A stretch of 64,000 bases of DNA, from contig JAAILG010000686.1 in assembly GCA_012026655.1 (NCBI GenBank), forward strand, positions 1-64,000, given 5' to 3'. The position numbers were made by a program, and so were the translations under genes. Positions 12,401 to 27,400 of the stretch are shown here, piece by piece (the first letter of the stretch is position 1; every line of letters begins with the position of its first letter). Under the pieces are notes generated by a model, which worked only from the letters and a program-made list of their open reading frames with translations, searched no databases and was not told where the DNA came from. Source of the stretch: Hydrolagus affinis (taxonomy: Eukaryota).

Positions 12401-15400
12401 ACTGTAAATTGGATTGACAGTATTTTGTGTAGTACAAATGGTAGCACAGGTTGAGCGTCCAAAATCCAGAGTTCCGGAATGTTCCGGAATCCAGACTCCG
12501 GGACGATTGGTGGCAGGGTCGTCCGGAATCCGTAAAATGTTCTGGAATCCGGATATTTTTTGCTGCAACCTGAATTAGCCTCCAACAGCTCCTCCCACCA
12601 CTGGATATCGCACTTCTGGCGTTCCGAAGTCCGGAAATACCTGAACCTGTGCTCGGGCGTTTCCAGACTTCGGACATCAGAAACACGTTCCGAAGTCCAG
12701 AAAAACAGGAAAACCGGCTCAGCCTTGGTCCCGAGGTTGCCAGATTCAGGACGCTCAACCTGTAATAGAATATAGTTTATATGTGTTGGTCTTATTTCTC
12801 CGGAATGAATAATTCTAGCTATTTTGTGGGGAGTGCTGTAGTTGCATTTGTAATACGTTAAGATTTTAAAACGTCTTTGTATTTAAGCAATTGATAAAAT
12901 GCTGATGACATGAATTGGTGTGGAGTGCTGCAGATAAGATCGGTAAATGGTCAAACACCTACCTAGGTCCTCATTATCCAGACCAAAGAACAGTTGTCTC
13001 TTAAAAGCAGTAAATGGTGAAATATAATGACTTGTACAGAATAACTACTGAGGTCTAGTTCCACTACAACACATTGCAGGTCTCTGAAGAGCAGACATTG
13101 CTTATTACAACGTATACAATATTAATGATGCCACAACTGCAAGGAGCAAATTTGCAGCAGTGTTGGCGGAAAAGCAGATAAATTGGACTGAATGGATTGC
13201 TCTTTGAAATACCCCGCTCATGCTATATTGTGAATTTCTTGTTCTAACCACTTCACAAGAAGCGCAATTTCCGCATTAAAATAACCTATTTCTTTGCAGT
13301 TGTGAATTGGGATGAAGTGGGTCTAGGTAGCTGAAGTTATTTCCTGTTAATGTTTCAGTATTTTTGATTGAGTATGAAAACAAGCTATAGTATTTATACA
13401 TAACCAGATTATATACATTGGTTATTTGTAAATCACCTCAATTGGCTTTTTGAAAATGGCCAACAATACCCATGTTTGATTGCAGTCTGTATTAAAAGGG
13501 GCAGGATTTTCTTTGCAAACTGTGAAACTTTTTGCACAGTCACATTACGTAGTACATTTTGTTCAGATCTGGGTTTGCTTTATTGAGAGTGATCTTCTGG
13601 TTTAGAGAGGTCGATTGAAAGCCCAATTGAATGACATTTGGAAATGGAATGTAGTTTTGTGAAATTCACTATTGCTAGTTGTTACAATGTACAACAATAA
13701 TAATTTTATTTGATACTGCCTTTATTATGTTCTTGAGGTGTTCTCAAAGATTTTACCATGAATTACAGTGTCTGTATTTGTAGGAGATCCCAAATAAACT
13801 GAGTTTCAAACAGCATCCAAATTACACACAGTAATGTCCCATAAATAGCCCTGAAGTGAGTAACCAATTTTATTTGGGAGATTGTTGGCCAGGACCTTGG
13901 GAGAAATTCCCTTCTCTTTTTAAATAGTGCTATGGAATCATGAACGTCCATTTGAACAGAGAGGCCAATCATAGTTTAACATCTCATCCAAAGGACAGCG
14001 TCTCCCAACAATGAAGCGCACGCCTGGACTGCATTGCAGTGTCTGCCTAGACTATTTAGTTTTCTTTTCTCCGACTCTCTCCATGTCTCTAACCCCAAAC
14101 AATAAACAAACACACTGCATTGGCAGTTCAAAGTTGCGGCTGAATTGTGAACCCAGTAACCATGCGCACAGCTGGTTTGTTTTGGCCAGTGTCATGACCA
14201 ATGTTGGTAAGTGGATATGTAGACAGTCAGTATGTGAATACGCAGGGCTTTTACTGTGTGTGTGTTTTTTTTAATCTCTAGTTCCAAATAGACTGAGCTT
14301 CAAAGTGAGTTTTTGATAAATAACACAAACTAAATCCCACCATTGCAGCACTGTAAAACATGATTAACCCGCTGTTTTGAAAGTCTGGTGACGTCTCAGA
14401 AGTGACGTCTCAAACCCAGTGACCTTAGGTCTGAATTTTGTGCATCCACCATAAACCAGACTAATGAGCTACATCAAAATTGTTTTTTTTGGATTGGCTC
14501 CTTTAACATTTATGTTTTATTTGGGGTATTCCCAACTACAGCGTTTTCTCAGATGTGACAAGTTTACCCTCTGTCTCAGTTACTCTGATGACTGATTTCA
14601 AATTATAACCATATCTCCTGTCTTTACTGTACTCTGATCTGACTCTGATTCTCTGTGTTTGTGAACCTGATATTAATGTCATTTCATTTCTTAGGTCAAT
14701 CCACAGTTGTGCATATTGATTATGAAAAATCTACCCCCAACATATTTGCATCTATTTCAATACTGTTAAAGAAAATAGTTCTAAATTTAATTGATTTTTT
14801 AAAATGTATGATTGAATTCTCCTTGGCCATGTACTTTTGAAATTGAGGAGAAACATTTAAAAATGTAACTGCATTTTTATTTGGTCTTGTCCTTCAGCCA
14901 ATCCAAATTTGACCAATGATCTAGGAAAGCCCAGTTGTATACAGCCTGAGGAAATTCAGACTTTTTTAAACCTAGGCTTGAGGGAGTGAATGTTAATTTT
15001 GTCTTCTTTCCCTCCAACCTCCCGACATGAACATAGATGATAGCGACACTGCTTTGAGCTGTGAATCTCCCACTGAATGTGGTAAGGGTTTGAAGGTTTT
15101 ATATCTGAGTGTGGTGATTTAATCAAATTTTCATCTCTGATTTTTTTTCAACATCTGGAACTGATTTAATCCCGCGTTCGTTCTAACAGCAAAAGGTGTG
15201 CAACAGCAAACTAATCATCGATCTGAGTGATTCACAAATGAAATTACATTATATTCTAATTAAGTAATTAAGACGCAAAGAGTAATACAAATACTAAAAG
15301 TTATTAATTCTCCTGCTCTGCAAACTTGTATCCCTCAGTCTGTCTCGGAGTAACTGGGAAATGTTTAAACTGGTGACATTGTCGAATGACTCCATTACAA

Positions 15401-18400
15401 CAACAAAAACAATAACTTGCAGTTACAAAATGCCCTTCACGCAAGCAATGTCTTGGAACGCATTAGAAAATGAAACTTTACATTCCGTCTTGGGTGCTAT
15501 TTTAAATTTGACCTACAAAATCAATACAGCAAAACAGCAGCGTCTCTCTCTCAGCTTGAATGTGCAAATACTATTCATATCTGATCTACAATGTGAAATC
15601 TCACTGAACTTTGTGGAGTATTAACTTGGAAAGATTTTATTTTCGCTAATTCTTCCTGATCATGCATGTGCTCAGAAAATCATTGAAGAGACTTTCAAGG
15701 GTAGAGGTCCTTTGCTTGATGTGTGTTTCAGGACGTGCCATCTGGACTACTTGTGATCCCCTTTCCATGCTGGGCAAATGTAGATCACTAGTGGTGCTGT
15801 GTGGTCCGCTGTTCCCATGTGGAAGAATTGTCTGTGACTCAGCGTTTCTGAAGATGTAGTGTTCACAACCTCCACTAGATCTTGTTTTTTTGTGTAGAGC
15901 TAACGTTTCAAGGATTATTCTCTCAATCGCACTGAATGACATTGAACTTCGGGTTCCAACGTCATCAAGAGCTCCTGTGCATTCTTGGTGGCTGATGTTA
16001 CTGTCAGCCATCTGTACTGCCTGTCATACAAATATGACCTGGAATCTTGGAACACTTGTAGTAATTTTAGATCTTCAAATCGACTAACTAGATCATAATT
16101 TCCTTCAAGGCCAATGTTAAGACTCTCCTCTTCGATCATGCTTTCTGCCGCCCTCTCACCTCTCTCCCTCCCACCCACTCCTGCCGCTCCCTCTTGCTCG
16201 GTTCCCAAGCCCTGACTGTTAAGCACCTTGGGACGACCTCCCAACATGAAAGGCACTCTATAAATATAATTTTTTTGTTATAATTTAATCGTGAGATACA
16301 TTAAAAAGTGGTTTGTTTAAAAAAAAAACAAGATAGAATGTGAGGATATAATGGTTAATAGAATAATAATTGAGAGAAAGGGCAAAAGAAAATACCAAAG
16401 AGCACAGAATGTGAAGAAATGTTTTGAGATTGGGTCGTTTTAAGCAGGATGACCTTGTTCTAAATTAATCCACAATTAAGGAAATGGAATATTTCAAATT
16501 GGTGCAGAAGTGATTTTCACAGGTTGAGACTATGGCATGTAGGTGTGACAGAGCACAGTGAATTTCACTCTGTATGAAAACTGATCCAGGAGTTTGTGAT
16601 ACTGGGTGTTTGAAATGGAAAAGTATTTTGTTTGTCAGCCCTAAACATACTTCACCTTGTTGTGCCCAGGAGAGGAGAGGGAAGAAACAGATGGTATAAA
16701 TAACCTGTTTTGAGGTATTCCCACCATCTGTTGAGTAACGAGAAAGCACAATATCTGTAAATCATGTATTAACATCTTTAAAGAAAATCTCTAGTTTCTT
16801 TTAACCGTAACAGTTGTGTGGATTATTTGTGAAAGTTGCATTTGGTGATCTTGATGATAAAAATAATAATAATAATAGTAACAATTTTTACATTTGATGT
16901 AGTGCATTGTCACCTCATTAAGATGAAAGTGTTTCACAGGATATACAGCAAAGTGGATTGACTTGTAAATTGTGGTACAGCAATGTCCCACAAATGGCCA
17001 TGGAGTGAGTGTGTTGGCCAGGACTCCCTTCTCTTCTCGTGCCATAACATCTCTAACATCCACCTGAACAGACAGATGGAACTTCAGTTTAACGTCTCAT
17101 CCAAAGGACCTTATAATGGACTGGTTCAGATTGTAACTCTGATGAAAATACTTAAGCTTTATTTGAATGTTTTCATTCTTTGCAGTTCGGATATTAATTT
17201 TTGATCTAGAGCTTTCAGCTTTCATTCAGATGTGTAGAATGTTTCATCAATGTACAGTAATAGACACTTCTGTACACTAGTAGGTGAGAGAAATTATTTG
17301 GTTGTTCACACTGGCCTTTTTTTTAATGGAAGTCCTGGCTGTCAATCACTACAACCAGTTACTGGCAATAGGGAACTTGTCGAGATCTGGAATGTAATCT
17401 GGATATTGAGATATTGGGAAGCAATTGATAAATGCTACAAGAAGTGATGTTTTTTTTCAGGTGACTATGCAGGGTTTCCTGGCTGTGGGTTACTTCGCCT
17501 GCACAGCACTTACAGACACGACTTGAAAATCTATGCATCTGATGAGGGTAGAGTACAGATGACGGCAGCAGCTTTTGCCAAGGTCTGTGAGTAGAAGGAC
17601 GTCCTTGTGAATACCAATTAGTTGGTAGTATTTTTGGGGGGAGGTGGGTTTGGAACATACCCAATCGAGAGTCAGCATTTTAAAATTCTGACTAAAGAGT
17701 AAAATTTCTAAAGTTTAATAATGATTGGCTTCATCACAGCACTGTAGATGAGGGATTGATCTGTCAGATAGTTTGCATGTATCACTTGCAACTTTACTAC
17801 TAAATATTAATGACAGATCCTTTATCATTTACTGAATTCATAATAGTTATGCAGCTGATTAATTGAGATGAGAAATCAATTTACACAACAACTATGCTCT
17901 TTTTTTGGGGGGTGTCCTACAGTTTACTAGCCTCAGTCAATTTGTTCCCTTATTTGGATGTTTTATGAGTTCAGTTGTAAATTAAAATGACTAAGGCTAC
18001 TTTTGTTAGTTAAAGAAATTGAATAGATAAAGGAAAAGTCTGTTCTGCAGACTTCAGATGCTGGTCTGATTGTCTGTTTGTGTCTGCAGGGGCTCTTGGC
18101 GCTGGAAGGCGAGCTGACTCCCATTCTTGTACAAATGGTGAAAAGTGCCAACATGAACGGTCTTCTCGACAGCAACAGCGATTCCCTGAGCAGCTGCCAG
18201 CACCGTGTCAAAGCGAGGCTCCATGAGATCATGCAGAAGGATCAGGAATTCACTGAGGAGGACTACGCAAAGGTGGCGGGAAGCTTTCGGAATGAGCATT
18301 TGCTGCGGCTTAGGAAAGGGTTGAGTGGATGCCAGTTCATTTAGAAATTGGTGGCACCTTTCAGCTCTAAGAGAGAACTCTGAGCCTCCACAAAGGCTTG

Positions 18401-21400
18401 ATGCGTTTAGCGAGTGAATAGCTCAGCCATTCATGTCCCCGGATATATCCCTGACCTCCTCTGCGTTAGTCGATCTCAGCCAAGGCAGTATTTGTAGATA
18501 CAATTTGTTTTTGTGGCTGTCTTGATAAGGGAGGGGAAAAAGTGACAGGGTTCTGCTTGACCATTGCAGAGATTCTTGCTTAAAAGTATTTCTGAGAATA
18601 GGGCAGGCAGGAGAATTCTTCCGGTATAAAAGCAGTATCCAAGAATGAACAATGGGTCACAGCAGCTATGTTGGTGTTTAAAGTTTCATATATTTACAGC
18701 ACATTTTTATGTTTCTATTTATTTGCAGCTGGCTCCTACAGGCAGCTCCTCTCTTCTTAACTCCATGAAATTGATTAAAAATCCTGTAAAGACTTGCGAT
18801 CGGGTTTACTCCCTGATCCAGAGCCTGATCTCCCAGATCAAAAAAAGATTGGAAGACCCCAAATCAGCAAGTGAGTCATCTTTAACAACAACATCTTTTC
18901 AATCCATGGGCATAAAATAGTCCTTCTGTCTATTTATTACTGAAGTAAGATACCAGCCCTTCCTTCTGCCTGCAAATCACAAATGTACACATGTAAAAAT
19001 TATTGTTTGCAGCTATAAAATATTTAAGTGAAATCGAAGTAGAATTTTTTCCCGATTCCATCCCTACATGAGGGCTGCTTTTGATTCACATAGGAACCAG
19101 CAGAGAAGGTTTGCTAACAACTTCAGGAAGGGAGAAAACTGAGGGGGGCTGGGCTCTGATAAGACTATTAGTGCTTCTGGAAATTCCTATGGTTACTGTT
19201 TTTAACAAAAATCCAGTATCTATCTATCAGCTGTCACGTTTAGCCCACAAATATATAGTCAATTCACTTAACGGTATATTCCATGAAGCTCTTTGAGATG
19301 TCTAGAAGACATGAAAAGCACGATATCAAATGCAAGGATTATTATTATCCGGAAGTAACCTAAGTGATGTTTACTACGAGTTTCAATTACTGCTTTGAAC
19401 CTTATCTATGATCCCTGCTACTAGAGACAATGGGCCAGCAGGTACTGAAATACTCAGAGGAGCTATTCCATTTAAAAATGAGGATGAGGATCTAGATTCC
19501 AGCCAGTGGAATATAAGAAAACTATAGCATCTCATTGTGAATGTTTCTTGCCTTTCTGTTTCCAGACCTTCAGCTGTATCACAGTGAAACCTTGGAGCTA
19601 ATGCTTCAGCGCTGGTCAAAACTGGAGCGAGATTTCCGGATGAAGAGTGGCCGCTACGATATCAGCAAAATCCCAGACATCTACGACTGCATTAAATACG
19701 ACGTCCAACACAACAGTGCCTTGAAGCTTGAGGATACCATGGAACTCTTCAAGCTCTCCAAAGCCCTTGCAGACATCATCATCCCTCAGGTAGAGAGACT
19801 AAAACAACACTGATGTTGAGCCTGTACTCCTGATGTCCCTGTTTTTTGTACAAGTTTAATGTTCTGCCACTCCCATTGTAACAAAACAGAACCGTAGTTC
19901 CTGCACCTTACCTTTACAGTATCAAATGCAGAGATTATCTTTTCTATTCCAATACCAGTCTAGGATCGGTCACTCTGCTTGACTAAGTTGGCAGCGCTTT
20001 GTCCTCTGGCCTTTTTAATTGCTTCCTGGAACACATGCAGCAGACACATTCGCTGCCTTTTGTTCAACTCAGTTTTTTTTTATTTGTGTATAAAACTGTA
20101 GGTTTCTGCTGAAATTGCTGTTGTCTAGTAAAGTCAATAGGTGGCAGCATCTGCTTCTTCCCTAGACCGTGTTTACTACAGTCATATCTGGCTGTGTTTA
20201 ATCAATCTAAATCCCCTGCTTCCGTCTCGGTCTGTGAAAACAAAATAGCCTTTGGAACACAAAACTAAGCAGGGAATTAGTAACCAGGGACATAGCTCAT
20301 GTTTGACACTGGAAGAGTTAAGGGGGAAGCTTACAAGTTTCCACACTGAGATACCGTGACATTTAAAAGGGAATTTGATAAATATTTGAAGAGGAATAAA
20401 GCAAAATGATACATGGAAAGATCAGGGAATTCAATTGATTAGCTACAGTCGAGGGACTGACGCCAACATAGGCTTAATGGACTGAATGAAAGTCCAAAGC
20501 CACAAACCCAGATTCGCAGATGTCATCAATAAAAAAAGATTTGGGTTGGGGGAGTGGGTATTGCATTTTTTCCCTACCCCCTGTTGTAGAGACCAATTAT
20601 GGTAAAATTATACACTGAAACAAACCACATTTATGGATTCTACTCTGTTCAACATTGTGTAAATTATTTAGTGAGGAAATAAGGATTCATTCACCAGAGG
20701 GAAGACCCAATTGAACCTTTTTGTGTGTCTGATTGCTGCACCTTCTTGTGTTTTGCATAATGAGATTTTATGCATGCGCACTTTGGAGTGAAGAATGTAC
20801 AGTACAACACTCCAGTCTGTGTGCTTGACGTCCACCCTTGGTAATTGATGTAATTTAATGCAGTGTTTCATGTTATTTCCTCAATGTTGCTCCTAATTTG
20901 TAGAATATAATCAGAAGTGTTTTAATTTTTATTGATCTAGCTTCAGCAGTTCACATCTGTGTTGTGGAGATATTATGGGTATTTGCATCCTTGATTACAT
21001 GCACGCACACACAATTATACAGTGTCTTCTCGTGCCAGCTTCTGAGAGCAGTGTGATCAATAAACAAGAATAAATCCATACACTGTGCAGAAACTGCTGG
21101 CTTTCAGGCTGACATCAAAGGGTTGCAGCTGGTTCTAGCAGAAAGCAGTGCATCTATCCTCTGCTTCCCAACTAGGGAGATACTGAAGGAAATACACATT
21201 GTCTGTTGTGGAACCTCCATTTATCAGAATTGTGAGAATATCATTTGTTTGTTTTGTTTGGGTAGCACAACATGGGGCCGTGCTCAGTGTCTCACAATCT
21301 GTTCAAATCACATTAACATCAGCTCTCTCTCCCCCCCCCCCCCCATCTTCCTCCATCGCCACTTAATGATTGCAACCACATTAATCAATACAAAACAGAT

Positions 21401-24400
21401 ATAAGAAGCCTCTTTGTGCAATATAGAATTCCCAGTAAGGATTAATGATATTTTTCAAGCTCCCTTCTCTTCAATTTAAAATCAGTTCTCTTTCTCTGTC
21501 TGTGTGCAATGCTCCTCTCGCAAATTGAGAAGTCAGGCTGGTGATTTATTTGCTGACATCTGACAGTGTTGCTGTGTGTTCAGTCTCTTAGAAGTGCATT
21601 AGAGCAGCCATAGCTGATTTGCAATCTCTAACAGTCAACACTCTGTGATGGTCTCTAAAGGCTGACTTTTCCAGGATAAGGAACTCAATATTTTTGGGAA
21701 CTGTGAGCACCTGGTTTACATGCACGGCATTTCATAATTTACTAGATTATTATTGTGATTATTACTGTGATCTCTCTATCTTCTCATAGTGGTGTCCAAC
21801 ATGTTCCACAATTGTTTTTACCCCAAATCCAATTTGCCCAGCACCTTGGGACGTCTTCTGAACCCGCAGGATTGCTTTTTAGCCAGACTGAACTCACAAT
21901 TTGTGAAGTTCAGTCTCTTGTGTGCTAGGTTACACTGCAAACACTTAGCCTGGTATGTTTTTCATAGGAATATGGAATTGGCAAAGCGGAGAAGCTGGAT
22001 ATCGCCTATGCTTACTGCCAGCCGCTGATTGAGAAGATGCAGCTGGATTTACAGCGAACACATGAGGATGAATCTGTGAATAAACTTCACCCGCTGTAAG
22101 ACTGTTCTCAGGGTTTGAAGGTTGAATGTTTTTTGCTGCTTTCAGATCTGTATTTGATTATGTGATATCTGCAGAAGTGATGCTGTGTGTGGCTGTGAGC
22201 ACATACACAATTGGTCCAGAGACATTGTACTCAACAATAGGAATGAACGTAGTTTGGGGATTCTGCCTTGTGATTGTTGCTTCCCACTGCAACATCATAT
22301 CAATTGGCAACACTGCCTTTGTGGGAAATTAAACCTTTGTTCTTTTGTACCCCCTCCCACACTGTAGCACAGCACAATGCGCTCTTTAACACACTGGCCA
22401 CCTGTACTGGTTCCATTTCAGTTTGCCTAGGTGTTGCAGTGAACAACACAGTTGTTCAGGCTGAATGATTCAGGCACTTCAGTGGGAGTCGAAATCAGTG
22501 GGAAGAAGGAAAACAATGATTGAAAGCAGATTTGGTATCTTAGTCATCTAATTAGCTTTTACTTTTTTCAGGTATTCCCGAGGAGTCATGTCTCCTGGCC
22601 GCCATGTCCGAACACGGTTATATTTTACGAGCGAAAGTCACGTCCATTCCTTGCTAAGCTTGTTTCGTTACGCTGGTCTTTTGGATGTAAGTAGCATTTT
22701 TCACTTGCAATGCTAACTGCACTGAAACCTAAGCGAAACCCTTACGTTGAAAAATCTAGGTGAGGAACCAAGGCCCCATAGCGGTTCACCACTGACTATC
22801 AATAGAGTTATGAAGTGCTATGAGACGCCATCTGACGTGGAGGGCGCTGTATAAATCCAAGTTGTTGTTGTAGTTATGAGTATAAATTGAGAAAGTTGGC
22901 CAGGCACACAAGGTGAGATGAGAACTGAAAGGGTGGGAGAGGAAAGAGGACCTAAAACATGATCAAAGAGATGGGCTCGAACGAGAGGAGACAGCAAGTG
23001 AGAATACTTTTAGGTTGTTGTGAACTTTAGTATCAACTGCTTTCCGAAAAACGAGCAGCAAGCTTTGTACACTCTGTATCAAAGTGTGCAACATTTCCGA
23101 GAGCAAACTTCCATTTGGGAGAACTGAACTTTTCCTGGTCTGAATTGATGGATTTTCTTCTTTGAACTCTCAGGAACTGAAGGATCAGCAATGGAAAAGA
23201 GCCATGGACTATCTTGGAGCTGTCTCGGAACTAAACTACATGACCCAGATTGTTATTATGTTGTACGAGGATAATAACAAGGTATTCATCATATCAATAA
23301 AACATCAATGTGCTATATTTATTACGATGGCATAGCCTAGATTTTAACAAAGACTACCATATATTCTGCATTAGGTAAAGCAACTCATACCACTCCTAAA
23401 TTAACTTGGGCAGCATACATTTTAGTAGTCTATGCTTGCCACTCTGTTATTTTATGTAATAGGCACAGTCTGATTATTTCATTATGTAGCCTTATTGGCA
23501 TGTCACAATTAACATGTAAAGTTAAGTGGATTATATTTAAACAGTCACAGATGGTATTTAAATTTAAAAGAAAGACTTTTATAGATACAGAAATTGCAGG
23601 TTTCTTCCGTTATTGAAGTACCAAAATTGGCAATATGTTCACTCTACATCCTCCACATATCACTAGGAGTAAAATATTTGATACTGTGTCGTGTACAAAG
23701 GATAGATTGGACTGTGTGCTGTAATTTAACGCATCATGATGAATAAATAAGGAATGAATGCAGTGTTGTGGAAGGTTCCATAATGGGAATAAACCTGGAT
23801 TGTTTTTAAAAACAAAACATTTACAGTAACTATACCAATGTTTTTAGTCAACATCCTTAAATCTCCCATTTCTCCTGCTTGGTATTCACTATTATGTCTG
23901 CTGAGGACCCAAGCGCAAGTTGTTGCAATGGAATGACAGAATGAGTAAAACATTCATTAAACTGATACATTATCATAGGATGCGATTAAGCCTCACAAGT
24001 TGAGTGACTACGTGTTCAATGATCCTGCTGATGAATTGGTTAGCTGTCATCTATGTGAGATGAAAATCCAAACGTTAGCAGAAAAATCAATTTTAAAACA
24101 TTACAATTGTGCAGCAATCCCTCATTCATGTAAATGAGAACAGTTTAAAGTTTAGCTTCTAACATACATGTCCCTTGAATTCCACATAATCAGAGGTCAT
24201 TTGATTCATATCAATAGTGTGGATCAGCAGTCCTTGGCTTCAATTGATGATTTCACTTTCATGAGTTTCCAATCTTCTCTTCCTTTCACTAAATTAATGT
24301 GGCTTTCGTCTGAGAGAGGGAAAGACATTTATTCATTCGTACCAATCAAATCGTATGAGAATGTACATTTGTAGTTCATGGGATCATTTCTCGTTTCACC

Positions 24401-27400
24401 AAGTCATGGTGAATAGTATTGTAATTTGTATATTTTCCCCCCATTCCCCACCTAACTAACATTAACATGCATGTTACCTGTAATTTATGAGCGTCTCTGA
24501 TTATCTCACTCTCAGGATCCGTCTTCTGAAGAGCGTTTTCACGTGGAGTTCCATTTCAGTCCTGGAGCGAAAGGGTGTGAAGAAGATGAAAATGTTCCCA
24601 CAGGTTCCGGTTTTCGTCCAGCATCAGCAGAGGTAAGTAAGCCATTGGCTCTAAATCGAGGGGCAGTGGGGAATAGAAGAACGGTAGAAGCCCATTTATC
24701 CGTGACCCGATCAACCGTAACTTCCATACAACCGGCACTGCAAGAAAAGTCTGCATTCGATAAACCGGAATTTATCCGGAAAAATGCATTTTTTTGGTGT
24801 TTTGTGTTGCGTCAGTATTTTGGAATGCTGCAACTAGGTGCCTGATGGTGGCACTAGCTCAGAATGTTGCTGGTACTGTAAAGCAATGCACTCTCCGGAG
24901 TGTACTCTGAGAGAGGCAGAGGGTGAGTTGATTAATTTAGCCACAAAAGTGCAAAACACACATCCACTCTGAGCAAAGCTTGCAGATAATTCATTGGCTT
25001 TTATTTTAATAAAAAAGACTCATCTCTGCAATGCTCGCTTTACAGAGTGCAGTGTTTTAACTTAGTGCACACACACACAGAGGCATCGCAAGGATTTTTG
25101 GAAAGAAAGTTAACTAAATTGAGTGGCTGCCGCTCACTCTCTGCTTTCTCAATAACACAAGCTTTCCTTTCTTCTGCCCGCAATGTGAACAGTGTCATTC
25201 AGACGTGTAACTTTTGCACTAGTTTAAAGATCTCTCTGAACTGCCTGGTCGCTGTATGTAAAATGATTATAATTATTATTTATATAGTATATAAATGATT
25301 ATTTAGTCTATTATTAATATGCTATGTTTTTTTTTAAATGTAATAATTTTTTTTGCGTTAGGTTTTCTGCCAAATGTCCGGCAGGCGCTTTAATCGGCAC
25401 TGGCCAGGTCCCGAGGGTGCTGGATAAATGGGCTTCTACTGTCATTGATATGTCTGCAAAAGAAAAGAAAAAAATTCACTGGAGGATTTTTTTAAACCAA
25501 CTCTTATTAAAGTTTAATAAATAGCTCCATGAAATGCAGCCATTTTACCATAAGGTTTTTGTGAATTCAACCCAGTAGATCCAAACCTCTAAAGTGTCAT
25601 TTTCCAAATTCCGAAGCTTACACTTGAAGAACTTAAGATGTCCTCTTTGTTTTTTATGCTGTTTGTTTTCCTGACAGAATGAAGGCGGCTCAAAAACTGA
25701 TCAAGGAAGTATGGAAGATCTCTCAGAGACTAGGAGCAACGAAGAGGTAGACAGATTCCTTCCAAATTTCCCTCAGGCGATTGAGCCCTTCCACATTCAC
25801 CGGAGACCTGCGTTGACCAAAACTAGGAAGATGGGTTCCATGGAGGTAAACAATAGGAAGAGTTAATGTAGTGCTGATTCACACACAAGTTGTTGTATTG
25901 AAAGTGATATAGTAATAAGGTGAGTTTCAATTGTTTGAGGTTCTAAAGCAAATATCAAAATAAATGTATAATAAAAGGGAAAAGCGGCACCTGTCCGGAG
26001 CTGATTTACTTGGTTACTTTTGAGGAACAATTCCAATTTGTACGGTATAATCTGTGCACAGCTCACCTTCTGCCAATGTTAAACGTTGACTGTTCTAAAC
26101 TGGCATAAAGTGATACTGCGAGCCTTAGTACATTGCTTTGTTTGTTATCTCCTGCAGAATACCCATATATGTCTAACAAAGACATCAGAATCAAATCAAC
26201 TGTGATATTGTAATGTAGCCATATCAATGAGGAAGGGATAAATATCAGATTATGCGAATGAAAATGTCTCCTGATGGCAATAGTTAATTGCTTCACCTGG
26301 TATAATAATGAGCCTGGCAGACCAGGTCACCCTATAGTTGATCCCTGGTCTGTGTTGAGTCAGTTGTGATATTTGTTTGTGTGTTGTCTTCAGCCTCTCT
26401 GCCCCCATTCTCTGCATCTGCATCCCACAGTCTCTCTACCTCACGTTCCCATCCCAGCCATCCACCCACCCCCACCTCCTTCAACACCTGGCTCAACACT
26501 TGAAGACCCTCCTCTTTGCCTGTGCCTTTGGTCACTCTCCTAGCCCTACACTCCCTGCCCCCAACCACCAGCTCAGGTGCAGATCCCTAACTGTCCAACG
26601 CTTTGAGACATCTTTCTGACGTGAAAGGCATTATACAAATGTCATTTGTTGTTGTAATTGGACTTTTGCCATTCAGTTAAGAAGTTGGAAAGACCAAGTG
26701 ACCCAGCGATTTCTCCAGTGGTTGAGAAGTTTTTGGCAAAGAGTTTTCGAGTTTGGTTTGAAGATTGTCCTGTTATACAGTAGGATCATTGGGTTTGAAA
26801 TGATTGTCAGATATTGAAAGACCATTCCTGCAAACTATTCCTCCTATCCCCTCAAGTTTTCAAAATTATGAGGAGATTTGATAGGGTGAACAAGGAGAAA
26901 CTAATTCCACTGGCGGCTGGGTCGGTAATCTGAGAACACCAATTTAAAATAGTTGTTAAAAGAAAGAGGAGAATGATTTTTTTTCATACAACGAGTTGTT
27001 TGGATCTGGAATGCATTTGAAAGGGTAATGGAAGCTAATTCGATAATAACTTTTAAGAGAAAAATAGATAATTATTTGGGGGAGTTCAAGTTCGCAGGGC
27101 TATGGATAGAGAGTGGGGGAGTGGAAATGATTTGGATAGCTCTTTTCAACGAGCCAGCACAGACACGAACCAGGGATAATTCAAGACTTGTTGGCCAATG
27201 CCAGATTTTCGAGTTGCGTAAGCTGACTGCCAACCACTTTCTTTCTGTTGGGAAGGAAGATTTGGCTACAGGGTCTGAAGTCTGCACCAATAGCTTTCTA
27301 GATTGAAATATTCGCACCACATCCAACTGCGAGAGAAAATATGTTGTATATTTCTTATGGAATCTGTACTGTCCACCTGAACAGGGCGACTGGACCTCCC

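Noticed and set aside
12273-12775. 161-aa and shorter ORFs
   Set aside because: Products of the GC-rich MITE interior; no transposase motifs seen.
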